Source of the DNA: Sarea resinae
Lineage: Eukaryota
Direction of reading: 5' to 3'
NCBI GenBank assembly: GCA_026026165.1
Contig: JAPEUD010000057.1
Coordinates: 1-64,000, forward strand
DNA: 64,000 bases
Shown here: positions 25,802 to 39,295 of the stretch, one piece after another
Layout of the letters: every line of letters begins with the position of its first letter
How positions within the stretch are numbered: position 1 is the stretch's first letter
The notes under the pieces: generated by a model
Seen by the model: the letters and a program-made list of their open reading frames with translations, nothing else
The model's database searches: none
Told to the model about the DNA's origin: nothing
Made by a program: the position numbers and the translations under genes

Positions 25802-27864
25802 ATGCCGAATCCAAATCGCATCCTACAGGCTTGTAAGAATTGGTGAGTGATGATGGCTCATAAGACCTGCCGGCTGCTAACGTTCCGGTGTTGCGAGCAA
25901 GCCGGCAGAGAAAGGTCAAATGCGACGGAAGCCGACCGGCGTGCCAAAGGTGCCTCACGCGTGGGGATTCGTGCCGGTGGCCGGATGAGCTGGTCCAGGG
26001 AGGCTATGTTGCCATCAGCGACGACACCGATGAGGCGCGGGTGCGAGCCGAGCCAGCATTTTCCTCTCCCGCCTCGATAGCTGCGAGTGGTTTTGAGCCA
26101 GACGGCGCTGGATCTAGCGAGATTTCTCAGCATCGTCTTGGCCGATTATTGGACATCTTCTGGACCGGCCATCATGCCGTCGAGCTGTGTGGGTTTCTTC
26201 ACCGGGGTTCTTTCGAGGCGCAGCTATTTGAGCCTGGAAACGCCTTCCTCCTGTCTGCAATCATATCGCTGTCCTCACTTTATGTCTCCAACGACGAAGC
26301 GCGAGAAGCGTATGGATTTGCGAGCTCAAAGGCCTTGTCGGATCACTATGCATCACGAGCGCGGCAGCACTCGCGCGACTCTTCTGACAATCCGATAGGT
26401 AAGATTTCTCTGAGGAGAAAGTCTATCACTATCTGAACTGCTTGTCCAGTGCGTACGGTCCAGGCCAATCTCGTCTTGGGGCTGCGGGAATTGCTTGCCA
26501 TGACCGATTGCAAAGCTTGGATGTATGTCGGGCTGGCTATCAGAATGGCTCAAGCCCTCCGCATGAGAAAAGAATACAATCAACTCCATCATCCTCGCGA
26601 GAGGGAGATCCGGCGGCGGACCTTTTGGGCTTGTGTCACGCTGGATCGACTTGTCGCCTTCAGCACGTTTCGGACCCAGACAATCGAGGTCGACTTGGTG
26701 ACGATACATTTACCATGCACCGAGGCCGCATTCGCTTTCGGACAAGATGAGCCTGGACCAACCGTCGAAGATATGCGGTCGTCGATGCCCAACACGACGG
26801 AACCGGGAATTTTACCTTACTTTATCGTCACGGTAATCTTGTGGGGGGATATGGGCGCTCACTACGTGAATCGCGGCCGGAGGGCGGCCAACCAGCCTCC
26901 GAATGATCCATCGGGCGCTTTCTACAAGGCAGAGCTCGCTATGAGGCAGTGGATGCTCAAATTACCCCGGGAGCTGCTTTGGTCTTACGATAATCTACAG
27001 GGCCACAGAAGTCTCGGACAGGACAAGCTCTTCGTCAACATGCACTTCTTGATTCATCATACGCTCTTCGTTGCGCACCAAGAATACCTACCTCTTTTGG
27101 AAGCGTCCCTTCTCGGCGACTTCCCAGTGGATGCTGGGATGGACGCCGCGGGAACGCCCTTCGAGTATTATGATGAGAGCATGGTCGCTTCGTGTCTTTT
27201 CAATGCCGACAGTGTCACCGAAATGGTGCGTCTTCTATCCGTCGGGCGCAATCTCAATTCCGATCCATTTTGCTCGACTTTCGGAGGCTTGGCAATGCTA
27301 TCCGCGGCCAATATATATCTCTGGGGTTACTTCCCCAGAGTTGGTGCGGCCAGCCCAGATCAAGGGCAAGTCGACATCCTGCAATCGAAGGCGAACTTTG
27401 ACTTCCTCCTCGATACGGTCAAGTCTTGGCGCGGTCGATGGGAGCTTGCCTCCGCCTGGGCAAATGCACTGGAGCTGCTTTTCGTTCTTTATCAAATCGC
27501 ATTTGGCGAGGCTGGTGAACCTCTCGATGACTCTCCTTATAGCTACGTGACAATTGATAAGGCGCCATCGGAGAGCGTGGGTCTAACGCCCAGCGCTAGC
27601 AACGCGGAAGATGAGCTCAGCAACACGCCCCGCCGATTCCAATTGCGCGAGGGAGACGGTCTGCCTGACAGCACAGCTCTCATCTCACAGGGGCTCTACT
27701 ATAAAATTCGAGTGACGCTAGGTCTGGCCATGGAAAATGCAGAACTTTGTCAGAGAATGCTGAGGCTATCGAAAGAGAAGATGTGGCAGAATGTTTGGCT
27801 TCACAAATCTATATACGAGGCTATGAAAGAGCCAGAGGCCTTTCCGTCCCATGTTCTGATGTGA
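25802..27864 (+). CDS. Zn(II)2Cys6 transcription factor with fungal-specific TF domain
   Basis: Intron 25843-25901 joins MPNPNRILQACKNC-RQRKVKCDGSRPACQRCLTRGDSCRWP; later AIRMAQALRM..EREIRRRTFWACVTLDR. Second intron ~26399-26449. Confidence 0.93.
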
Positions 27865-27939
27865 ATATTCGAAGTGTGCGGAATCTAATTGACGAATGAT
27901 TTGCTTCCTAAGATTGGCCGGTCGCAGTGATGAATGACT

Positions 27940-29200
27940 TCATAACAGTGAAGGCGACAAGACCAGGACATTTTTCGACGACTGGGGCCTACCGATTTTA
28001 ACAACTGCGACCCGAGAACAGAGATCTGTCACGATGCTGAAAAGGGTGGAGCTAGGATTTCCTGGACTACTCTTCCTACTGATGGAAGTAGGAAAGCCAT
28101 CCTCGTCTTTGAGAATCTGTTCCACTCGTATCATAGCCGTGCGTGCCGATGGAGACGGTCCCGCACTTGCAGCATCATTGATAAGCTTTGCCACCCGATC
28201 CATTCGAGAGTAGGAATCTTTCATGAATATAGTATCCACTGCATTGTCTGCGTGTTCGGCTAAGAAATGGTTTGAGTGAGCGATCCTGCCATTGTCCATA
28301 TCGAGCTTGATGAGGTCAACAGCGCTGCATTCGAGTGACGTAGCGCCCGTGGCGTCAGCGACTAATATGTTGAATGCGGTTGCTACGCCAGCTTTCTCCA
28401 AAGCTGAGACTGCTTCGGCTCTTGTAGAGCTGTCGAGAGCTACCCTAAGAGCCAGGTGAGCGGGCAAACTCGTGAAACGAACTCCTCTGGCTCTGATTGC
28501 GTTGAGGCAAACACCGACTCCGGCGGAATTGATTCCGATTTTCCCTATAATCCCGGCCTCGGTGATTTGGCTGATGGATGGCTTTGAAGCCCTTTGGATG
28601 TGAAGAGCGATCAAGTTGTCCTGCTGTGCATCCTCCCACTGAAAGGGTTTTTGATGATCAGTAGATGGGATCGAAGGCAAAGCTGAAGGCGAGGAAACCC
28701 GGAAAAAGGACGTACGTCCCAATTTTGAGCAATTATAGAGAAGCCTGCGGTGCGCCATGCCAGAGACGTGCAACCATCGCTCATCATCCCCATCGAAATT
28801 TCTGAGCGCGCGTTCAAAGCCATGATGGAGGAGAAGGGTAGACTGGCACCCTCTGCGACACCTAGAATCATGATGTTAGCGCGGCTGCTTCATTGTGAAT
28901 CGAGGAAATGGAAAATTGAGTTCCACCTTTCATCTCCTCGACAAGATCTGGCCAGTCTGCTTCTAGGATCGGCAGAAATAACTCGGCGCTTTTGACAGCG
29001 GCGGGCCAGTCCATCTTGCTCTTACGTTCAAAATAGCCAGCGTAGAATGCCAGGCTCTTTCGAATTTGTTCTCGCGCGAATCGGCCATGCTGCCGCCCGA
29101 CCTATGGAAGTCATCAGCACTGCTCTTTCAGCGGCTGACTGTGTGAGTGGCATCAAAGACCTACCTCACGAGGGTTGCCAGTGCAGAAAATTTCCAGCAT
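27940..29200 (-). CDS. Peptidase C45 / acyl-CoA:6-APA acyltransferase (penDE/IAT-like Ntn hydrolase), multi-exon
   Basis: N-terminus MLEIFCTGNPRE.GRQHG, IMALNARSEI, autoproteolysis site DG|CTS, AQNWDWE, TEAGIIGKIGINSAGVGVCLNA, AHSNHF. Confidence 0.9.
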
Positions 29201-29821
29201 GATAGGGCATAGATCAGCACTTGAATAATCCCCGGATGACAATCTGTCAGAACAAAATTAATGAGCCTTGAAGATCACCGATGGACGGAGAATACAGAAC
29301 GATCCACGGCGTGGATTCCAGTATTTGTATGATGCGCCTGGGTCTCATGTCGGCATGGTATAAGTAAATCCGGAGGCAATCATAGGCCTTATTCTCTCGT
29401 CAGCTACGGGCGATCGCGATGTCGGATTACAATATGAAAGCGAGGGTGTAATCAATCGCTAGCTCGAATACGGTTAGTTTCCGAACACGAGGAGCTCCCA
29501 AGATAGTGCCGTCGGTGTTGGCGCTTCACTACTGAGCGATACGGAACGGAACGGGGTGGCCGAAATGGTTGGAACGTGATATTTACCCCGTAGTAACTTA
29601 CTAACCGCATAGACTGCGAGGGCACTCTATGTTGTCAGCGTGCTGACTAAGGCACAATAAGTAGGGCACGATCTGGTATTAAATAGTAGAGTATAAGACT
29701 TTTGAGATATTAGGGGAACATGAGTCGACAAGATAACACACAACGCAAGAAGCAGAAGATAGTAGTCTTCTATCATCACTCAGACACCAGAGATATCAGA
29801 ACACGATAGAGAGGCCATCGC

Positions 29822-32800
29822 TCATTGTTTGGGTAGAATATCCTGGACTCTCATCTCAAGTCCGTTTGCCAGAGCGTCGACTAGGCTGCCAATCTCGCTC
29901 GCGACCTGTCGCGCCTCTTCTTCAGAGAAAGCTGTCGAGTCGTAGCCAATCTTGAGCTTATGCATCTCTGTGCCCGTGCGAATGACCTCGCAGACAATGG
30001 CATATGGCTGCAGCATGGTCACTTTACTAAGTGCCATGGCGATCCACTGTCTGTCTTGACCGGAAGATAATTTGGCCGCCGCGGGTTCAAATGGCTGGAA
30101 AAGGAACAAGGCAGTGTTGCCACACTCTTCCGTCGAAGTGTTGGCTGCCCTGTAGATATCCTGTAATCCGACGTTGCTGTTCTCCGTAGCAGCCCAAAAA
30201 GAGGCCTGAGTCTCCGTGACATACTCACCACAGGTTTGGGTCAGATTGATTTGGGTTCGCAAAGGGAGGAAGTTGGCACAGGTGCCGTTGATGGACTGTG
30301 GGTCTGGCAGGGGAACATTCCGGCCAGTGTACAGGTAATCAAGCGAGACGTCCACCGATCCAGAGCGATAGGCCAACCAGAGCTGAAACGCTGCCTGATA
30401 AAGAATGGAAGGACTTATGGCGTGGGCTTTGCTCAGAGATTCTAGGGATGTTGGGCAGAGGGTCACAACACTGCCGGAGATGCAGGGTTTTTGCACTCGA
30501 GGGTACTTGAACGAGTGCGGACGACGATCAGGATTCAGCCAGTACTCCAACGCCCGCGACTTGTCGCTCCGCCACTCGTGTAAGGCATAATCAATGAAGG
30601 CTGTGTGGTCGGGGATTGGTCGACCATCGGCAATGGCTTCGAAGTGGCCGGCAAAAACCCTCAAGAGCGTGCCGTCATATAATCCGTGGTCGAGCTTGGT
30701 GACGACCTCGAGGTGGCCATCAGGAAAGCACAAAATCACGTATCGGATATAAGGCCTACCACAGACAAAAGTGGATTCCCAGACTCTATACAAAATTCGA
30801 GACTTATCCTCTTCAGCAGACACATCTGCAAACTCAACAACCGGTGAAGTATCGTTCAACACTGCTCCGTACCAATGGCCCTCGTGTTCCGCGAACGTGG
30901 TACGGAGAATTTCGTTGGCTTGTGTCAGACTGCTCACTAGCTGAAGCCACTCTTCGACTTTGGTTCCTTCTGCCAATTTGCGCGCGGTCATCAGAGTCCA
31001 GAACTTTTCGGGCTGCCTTCCAGAAGCTAGAAATTGAGATTGCCCAGGCGGACAAGGATAGATATACTCATATTCACAACCGGCGAAGAGTTTTGCGACT
31101 TCAGAAGTTGCGTTAAACGTAATTGGCCTCGAGACGTCTTCCCGATTTCGAACGATATGCTGAGACATGGCCCCGAGGTCCGGCGATTCCATTATTTGTC
31201 CAACTTTGAGCGAATATCCCTTTTGGCGAAGCGTGCTTGTCAAATTGATAGCTGCAATAGAGTCACCACCAAGATTGAAGAAATGACCCTCAAGACCAAA
31301 GTCGTCATTCCCAAGATTCAGAACTTCTTTCCAACATTCCTTCAGAAGACGTTGCTCTTCAGATCTCAATGGAATAGTCATATGAGTGATTGACGTCCCA
31401 ATCATGTTATAGGCGTAGGACCCCAGCTTTTGAATTGATAGAGACTCTGCGAGCTTTTTCAGCATCTTTCGATCGGGTTTTCCAGAGGGCATCTTCGGCA
31501 TTTTTCCTAATGGCAAGATGAACTTAGGAATCATGTAAGGCGTCAGGCTCTTCAAACCTCCCTTCATTCTGTCAACGTGCGTACTGAAGCTTTCTAATTC
31601 AAGGATACCCTTATCGTCACAATCCTCGAATACGACAAAGGCGACAAGCTGCGGCTTTTCATGCAGGTCGGCAACCACAACAACGCCGTCGATTAGAGCT
31701 TCTGTCCGCAATAATGCGTGCTCAATCTCACCAAGCTCAATCCGGAAGCCATTCAGTTTGATCTGATAATCCTTGCGGCCGAGACATTCCAGTTCCCCAT
31801 GAGGCAGCCATCGTGCCAAGTCGCCTGAGCGATACAACCTCCCAAGCCCTTCAATGTTGCTTTTGTAGAACACTTTACTAGTTTGCTGTGGGGACTGGTA
31901 ATAACCGCGCCCGAGCTGAGGGCCAATGAAAGCAACCTCCCCAATCGCGCCATACGGAAGCACCGAGTCCGAGATGGGGTCAAGGATAATAGCTGGTGAT
32001 GACCGAAGAGGAGAGCCGATGTTTCTTGCCATGCTCCCGGCGGATACTTCTCTTGTGGTCACGATCACACTAGCCTCCGTAGGGCCGTATCCATTGATCA
32101 GGCGCAATTTATTGCTCCAAGTGTCAACAATCTCCTGAGACATGGGCTCTCCGCCAATACTCAATGTCTTGAGGCTCGGGACTTCCGACGGCTTCAATAA
32201 ACGCACGACCGTAGGAGTGAGAAAGCAATGAGTGACTTCCATCTCTGAAATGACCTCCGCTAGCTCGGAGAGGAGACGATCTGTAGGGGCCATGCACAAA
32301 GTACTACCCGAACTAAGAGTGGTGAAAATGTCGTAGACAGAGACATCAAATATATAGTTGGAGAATTGTAATGTACGATATGTGCGGGGATCGTCGCGAT
32401 GGCCCAGAAACTCATTCAGCGCATCCATCGCCGTCGCCACAGCTTCATGCGATATCATGACGCCTTTCGGCACGCCGGTGCTGCCTGATGTGAAGATTAT
32501 ATACGCCAAGTCGTTAGGAGATATACCGCTGTGGATAGGTTCCGGGGAAAAAGCATCTAGCTCTATTGTGTCGACGATTAGAAGCTGGACCTCATTCGTA
32601 GGGAAATAGGACTTCAGGGCATCTTCTGTCAATACCGATTTGGCGACAACTTGCTTGATTATAGCAAGATTTCTTTCTAGAGGATTATCAGGACTTAGAG
32701 GGATATATGCAGCCCCAACTTTGAGAGTCGCGAGGATGGCGATGATCATGGTTGGGGATTTTTCGAAAAGCAGCGGCACGAGATCGCCCTTCTTTAATCC

Positions 32801-35800
32801 CGAATGCGAGAGGAAGCTTGCCATGCGGCTGGAGAGCTCATCTAATTCGCCATAACTGTAAGTTCGCAATCTCTGCCAACTGAGAGCCATCCGACCTGGG
32901 TCGGTTCGTGCAATGTCCTCGAAATGAGAATGCAGTAGGCGTGCGCCGGATTGAACCGGCTGCGCCTTTTGTATAAGCCATTGACGTTCTGCAGCACCAA
33001 GAACGTCGAGAGATCCAACGGTAGCCTGTGGTTGCCCCACCATCAACTCGATAGTGCGAGCCAATTCGTCAAGAATGTATTGCATACGTCTTGGCTCCAT
33101 ATCAGCAATCAACCGGAGGAACACGGAGTCGGCGCTTTCCTCAATCTCCAAAGTGGTGAAACCAGTCTCCCACACAGGTCGTTTACCATATGCTTGGAAG
33201 AGCTTCTCTGCCGTCGTAGACCTTGGTTGCCCTTTCACCAGAATATTGACGAATGTGTCGAAAAGCTTTTCGTTCGCATGGCCACTTGCCTTCAAAGCAC
33301 CACGCATCCCATACTGCGAATGTTTGACCGACTTCCATAGCTTGCTGGATGTTGAACGAATGAGATCATTCAGCGTGGAATCTGGCTCTACAATAACACG
33401 CTGTGGGACCACAGTCAGCGTCGGCCCATCGAGCCTTTCAATGTCAGCGATAGGTGCTTCGCGTCCTGCGACTGCAGTGGCAAATACGACGTCGTTGGAA
33501 TTTGTATGCCTCGCAAGAACTAAAGCCCAGGCGGCATATATAATGGCCCCACTGGTCGCTCCTAAAGCAGCCTGTGCAGATTTGAACTTAACTGCTAGCT
33601 GTAGAGTTGTTTCGCTGGTTGCTAGACTGCGAGCATGATTCAGGATAGTTGGCTGAGCTTCCAACAAATATTCGTGCCAGTAGTCTTCCATCATACCCTT
33701 GTCTTGTCCCTTCAAGTACTTTATGTACTTTCCCCAAGAAGGGCGTGAGCGGGGTTGTAAGCCATGGTATAGAGAAGCGACGTCCTCAAATAGGAAGCTA
33801 TGTGACCAGAAGTCGAAAAGTGCATGGTGCATGGAGACGATAAGTATTTGCTTCGACAGGACATTGAACCTCGAGAATGGTTGACCGAGACTGAATCCGG
33901 CTTGCTTGTCGGCGATTTGAAAGTCTTCAATGCTCTCGTCGCTCTCGAACCAGGGGAATTGGAAGTCGTTTCGGACACTCTGGTACATTGCAGGACCCTG
34001 GAGCAAGAAGGTGGATCGAAGATTCTCACTCGAAAGGAACACGGCTTGAAAGGCGAGCCTCAACCTTTTGAGATCGAGGTGGCGAATCTCATAGACCCTT
34101 TGGTAGAGGTAGGCCGTGTTTCCTTGTAAAGAACTAGCCAGCAAACTTTCCTGAAGTGGAGTCAACGGAAAAGCATCGACAATCCCTCTGTCTTCGAGAA
34201 GTTCCGCTTTGAGTGTGCCATCATCAATAAGTTCCAAGCGGGAGAGTTGGGCGTGTGTCTCGTTTTGAGTGTCCACTTTACTGAATCGCAGGCTCGAAAT
34301 AGTGTTGGGCTGGACGAGACTCGATAATTCCATGGCTATTCCATTCTCCCTGAGAGCTCGAATAACACGAATTGCTTGGATCGAGCTGCCTCCAAGCGCG
34401 ACAAAAGAATCGTCTTTCCTAATAAAGGAAGGATCCAGATTCAGCTCGGTTCCCCAGATATTGCGAACGATCATCTCTTCGGGAGTAATGACATGATCTG
34501 TTTCAGACCCTCGCTGGCGAGAGACACCCAGCATATCGTGAGGGTTTGCCTCCTCCGCTATCTCCCTGATTTTGGGAATGTCGACCTTGAGGTTGGCATT
34601 ACAAGGGATGGTGTTGCATTCAAGCCAGTAACTAGGAACCATATAAGGTGGAAGGCATTTTTGGGCGGTTTCCCGCAATGTTTTGACCAACTGAGCCCAA
34701 TCGGCCCCAGGTACAGGCACAATAGCTGCCACCAGCGAAAGCTGATCTCTGATGGTTGCGCCAATCACACAGATTGTTAAGACATCAGAATGACCTGACA
34801 GGGTGGTCGTCACTTCTTCTGGTTCCACGCGCTGGCCGTTGATCTTGAGTTGAAGGTCAATCCTTCCCTTGATTTCGAAAGATCCATCACCATGTTGTAT
34901 TGCGAGATCACCCGTGCGGTAAAGTCTTCCGGAGCCAAATGGATTCTTGATAAACACCGAGGCTGTGATCTCTGGTAGTTTCCAATACCCGTTTGCTAAT
35001 TGTTCTCCAGACAAACAGAGCTCACCAGAGTTCCCCATAGAGAGCTTCTCAAGGTTTCCCGGCTCCAAGATATATGCTTTTGTTGTATCAGTAGGTGCTC
35101 CAACTAGTCGAGGATTACAGCCGGCGACGAGCTGACGCGAGAAATTCAATTGAGCACATTCACTGCAGCCATAGGAGACGCGGAGTTCAACCCGCGCATA
35201 CCAGGCGTCGACGAGGCTATCGCTGAGAGGCTCTCCAACTGTTGTGATTTGCTTCAGACATGATGGTACTCGCTCTGGAGAAAGGGTTGCAAGGGCGGAT
35301 GGAGTGATGCCCAGGGCGTCGACAGCCATCTCCTGAACAAGCTCAAGCGTAGACGAGGCCATTGTTGATCGGTCGGCAAGACAAAGACACGCTCCTTTGC
35401 AGAGGGTAGCAAGTATTGTTCGCTGGGCTGCGGAGAAAATTGGGTTGTAGAATAGGAGCCAGCGCCTTCGTCCTTTGAGGTTAAAATTGGTAATTCCGTG
35501 TGTGGCGGCCCCATGAGATAGAACGACACCTTTAGGCTTCCCAGTAGTTCCTTGGTCGAGTCAAAAATCTGTCGAAAAATTGGACAGGACAGCTCACCAG
35601 AAGTATATACCAGATAGGCCGGCTCATCTGGGGTCATGTTCTCAGACGAAAAGGTCTTAGGCGTAATCAGGCCCTGGGAAACCTTCGACAAGATGCTGTC
35701 AATCAAAACGGAAGTCTCGAACTCCAGGTCATATGGAGCTTGTGTGATGACAAGGGTTGCATCGACGTCCCGCACAATGAGATTGTTTCTTTGCATAGAT

Positions 35801-36189
35801 CCCTTTGGATCCAATAAAACGTAAGCTGCCCCAGCTTTTAGTATAGCTATTATGCTAGCGATCATTGCTACCGATGGGTCTAGGCAGACTGGTACAACTG
35901 TGGACGCAGCTAAAGGCAATGCTGTTGCGATACAAGACGAGAGATGATCCAGATCGAAGTAGGTAATTGGCTGGCCATTTTCGAAGTGTAGGGCTGTTGC
36001 GTTGGGCCTGCTCTTGACCTGGAAATCAAAGAGATCGGTGACGAAACATGGAGCCGTGGGCTCCACATCCACAGTTTTGTTGTGGTTTTTTTCCACATTT
36101 TCTGATATCAAAGGGTTGAGCTGTTCAAGATCCGATGCCAAAGATTGGCTGTTGAAGCATTCCGGGACCGCAAACACGAAGGGAGGCAT
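29822..36189 (-). CDS. sidE: Bimodular NRPS A-T-C-A-T-C (~2106 aa, one intron 35551-35597), SidE-like
   Basis: A1: YTSGTTGKPKG, YRTGDL, NANLKVD. T1: FVALGGSSI. C1: MHHALFD. A2: FTSGSTGVPKG, FDVSV, NGYGPTE, SGKPDRK. T2: FFNLGGDSI. C2: LDHGLYDG. Hand-extracted codes A1 SARGTVSQLK and A2 DVYFSGGVIK resemble my recollection of A. fumigatus SidE. The NRPS call is firm; the orthology is unverified. Confidence 0.9.
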
Positions 36190-38245
36190 TCTGCTTTTTT
36201 TTTTTCAACGTAGTGTACGGCAAGGAGGGACTTTCGATAGATAGGGTAAAGGATCAAAGAATATATTAGCCTGTTCTGGAGAGAAATGGGAAATAGAAAC
36301 TTGTGAGAAACAAAGTACGGTTATATAGAGATCTGATGTCTTTAAAGATCACGAAGGATTGCACCATTTTCAGCATCAATGGATACCGACATAATTTCTG
36401 TATCACTCTATAGCTGTTCCTGAAAATAGTTTAGGGGAGATACCCATAGACAGACCGAAAGACACGGCACGCGGGGTTAATCCTGGGAAACAGGAAACCC
36501 TTGAACGTCATGCAGCAACTTCAATCGGCTTGATATTGGTCCGCAACACGGATTCCGAGTGTAAACTGTCCTCATACTTTCAATGCACTGTACCTCCCAG
36601 TGAGACCGGTAGAGGTTTTCCTCACTCAGAGGCCGGCAAGGTAGAAGCTGAAGTAAAGAATGCACCTCTGCACGGCACAGCATTGCGGCATTAGGCAATC
36701 AAATGGTGTATCAAGGACTGGGAACAAGACGCAACATTGCGCACCTTGATACAAACAAGCTCAGTGAATGCCCAGCCGTGGAAAACTTAGGATGTATTTC
36801 CTGTCATGTCTTCAAGGCTGGCCCCCAAAACTCTCTGCCGGTCTGAGATCGTTTTCAGCGGTGGATCACTGCTCAAGAGCGACACCTGTCAAGCAGAAAT
36901 TCAAAAACAGGCCGAGGTCATGAAATTCCATCAATCATGCTCCTTCTTTTGCGCATGCTGAATCCTTTGCAAACAAGTACACCCGTGCGCAAAGCAATGC
37001 CGCATGAGGCGTGGTTCTCTGCCGATGCAGTCCGAGACGGGTGCAGAAGAGAGTTGAGGAAATAGGCATATAGACAAAACATACGCCCCATTCGGGCACC
37101 TGTCGGGCGGGGTGATGCTTACCAAAGGATTCAGGCACATTAAAGCGCTCTTTTCCAGGTTACAATAACGTAATGGTAAGATTCGATTACCCTAGCTGAA
37201 GGGGAAGCTCCTGGGAGGACCCAGCGACGGTTCGAGCACGCAATGCGGTGGTGCAGTTGAAGGATTATACCGAGGCCCACATGAAGAGTCGTGGAATGTC
37301 AGACTCAAGTGCCAGAGATTGCAAAAGAAAATGCTCATGAGCTGGTATACGTAAGGCTGTGGCTAGTTCAATCGATCTGTGGGGTCGAAGCTTCCGGTAC
37401 GTGCCTGGGTCAAAGGTTAAGTAAATGCATAGGCCAATCTATGGCACCACACAGCCCGAAAAGGATGCAAACTAATGCGGGTTGGGGGCTAGAAATGTCC
37501 CATTTGAAAATCTGCCGCCGAGAATGTATTATGAACCATTTACCTTATGCAACGGAAAAGGCGAAACCCAGGTCATACAGCTCGCCTGAGCGCCGAGACG
37601 GGAGGATCGGGCGGGACGGGTGATGGCGCAACCTTATTAGTACCAAAGAACATCCATGTTCCTTGTGTGGATAGAGCCAAGGATAAATGTGGCGAATGAT
37701 GATGACGTCCTGGGATACAGCTGCCTCTTTAGATTACTGATATTCATCACCTTCTAAGACAGCCACGTCGGAGGGAAAAGTCTGCAACAGTTCAATTAGA
37801 AAAAACGGGGAAGGATCAGCACGAGCTAAGCGCGCGCATTTTCGGTCACCCGCTAGCGACGGGAACTACAGGAATGTTCCCTCTCTCTCCCTTGGCCTTC
37901 CAGCTCCGTCGAAATAGCGCTACTCGTATATTTTTGCAAGGGTCCAGATCCAAGGTTAGAGAACACGGGGCAGAAGAGCCCCACATCAATTGCAGGCTTG
38001 CACTTATTTCCGAGCCGGAGGGGCTACCGTGACCGAAAAGGACCATCTCTGTAGCCTGCGGGCTGCGGGCCACGGACTGTTTATCATTCATCTGGTCGCG
38101 CTGTGCTGTGCTGAATTGTGATAATGGCATTACCATACTTTCGTTTTCCGCCAGAGCCAAGTTCTTTACCGTACTGTGTCGTTGTTTCCTCCCCTGCTAC
38201 AATTCCTTTGTCCGACTACTGGATACCATCAGCTTCCGCTCCATC

Positions 38246-39295
38246 ATGGCTCAAAGCTTAACTTTTGTGCAAGGCTCTTCTCCCGAAATTTGGGAGACAC
38301 TGCGACTCGTTTCTCATGCTCTGCCTACGCCCTTGGCAGGTCAAGTCTTGGTCAAGCTTTCGGCAGCGCCCATAAATCCATTAGACCTCCTTGTCTTGAA
38401 CGGGAAATATCTCGTCAAGCCCACCACCTTCATCGACTCTCATCCGGTTCCTGGGTATGATGGAATTGGTACCGTTATTCAGTGCGGAGATGGTGTCAAG
38501 AGCCTGGCGCCTGGCGACAAGGTGATTGTGAAAAGACACGGCCTAGGCACCTGGCGTACACATGCAGCCCTGAACGAAGCGGACGTCATCAAGGTCCCAG
38601 GAGATCTAGACCCAAGGCACGGAGCAATCTTGCGCATGGGCCTTACGCCCGCCTATTTCCTTTTGAACGAAGCCAAAGACCTTCAACCAGGGGACTGGAT
38701 CATCCAGAATGCAGCGTCCGGGGCCATCGCCCATTTCATCGCTCAACTGGCCGCTTTGCAAGGCTACCAAGTCATCAGCGTCGTCCGAAGCCGAGAAGAC
38801 GTTTCGCACCTGAAGCAACAGCTGGAGAGCCACGGCGCAAGCTTAGTGATCGAGGAGACGGACTTGGAGAACCCAGAGCTATTCAATGGAAAGAGAATTA
38901 GGCTCGCTTTTGACGCAGTCTTTGGTTCGGTCGCTGAGCAGATGGCTCACAGGTGCTCGCCCGGTGCAACATTTGTCACATATGGGTTTCTTAGTGGCAT
39001 GGACGAGTCAGCCAGTATCCGCATCAGTCCAAAGATCATCTGGGTGAATCAGATCCATTTCAAAGGCTTCCGGTTTTCAAAGGCACTCGCGTCCAGATCT
39101 GACGAGGAGCAGGAGGCACTCTTTGCCTGGCTATCGAGCATGCTCATTGAGGGCCGGCTTACACTACCTTTGCTCGACTTTGTGATATGGGACAGCCAGA
39201 GTACAGACTTAGAGTCTAGACTGAAGCAAGCGGTGGCTTCCAGTACCAGTGTAGCATTGGGTTCGCGGAAGAAGATTATTGTCTTCAAGGATTAG
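38246..39295 (+). CDS. MDR-family trans-2-enoyl-thioester reductase (ETR1/MECR-like)
   Basis: AAPINPLDL, PGYDGIG, GTWRTHA, GDWIIQNAASGAIA, FVTYG; single exon; divergent from the NRPS. Confidence 0.88.
   Translation: MAQSLTFVQGSSPEIWETLRLVSHALPTPLAGQVLVKLSAAPINPLDLLVLNGKYLVKPTTFIDSHPVPGYDGIGTVIQCGDGVKSLAPGDKVIVKRHGLGTWRTHAALNEADVIKVPGDLDPRHGAILRMGLTPAYFLLNEAKDLQPGDWIIQNAASGAIAHFIAQLAALQGYQVISVVRSREDVSHLKQQLESHGASLVIEETDLENPELFNGKRIRLAFDAVFGSVAEQMAHRCSPGATFVTYGFLSGMDESASIRISPKIIWVNQIHFKGFRFSKALASRSDEEQEALFAWLSSMLIEGRLTLPLLDFVIWDSQSTDLESRLKQAVASSTSVALGSRKKIIVFKD

Noticed and set aside
29200..29820. CGG triplets as shared Zn2Cys6 binding sites in cluster promoters
   Set aside because: No consistent spacing found by eye across the four promoter regions.
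27940..36189. Penicillin/cephalosporin cluster
   Set aside because: The NRPS is bimodular without E/TE domains (not ACV synthetase) and no IPNS is present.
36200..38200. Short ORFs in the 2-kb NRPS/reductase divergent spacer
   Set aside because: No recognisable domains or coherent splice model.
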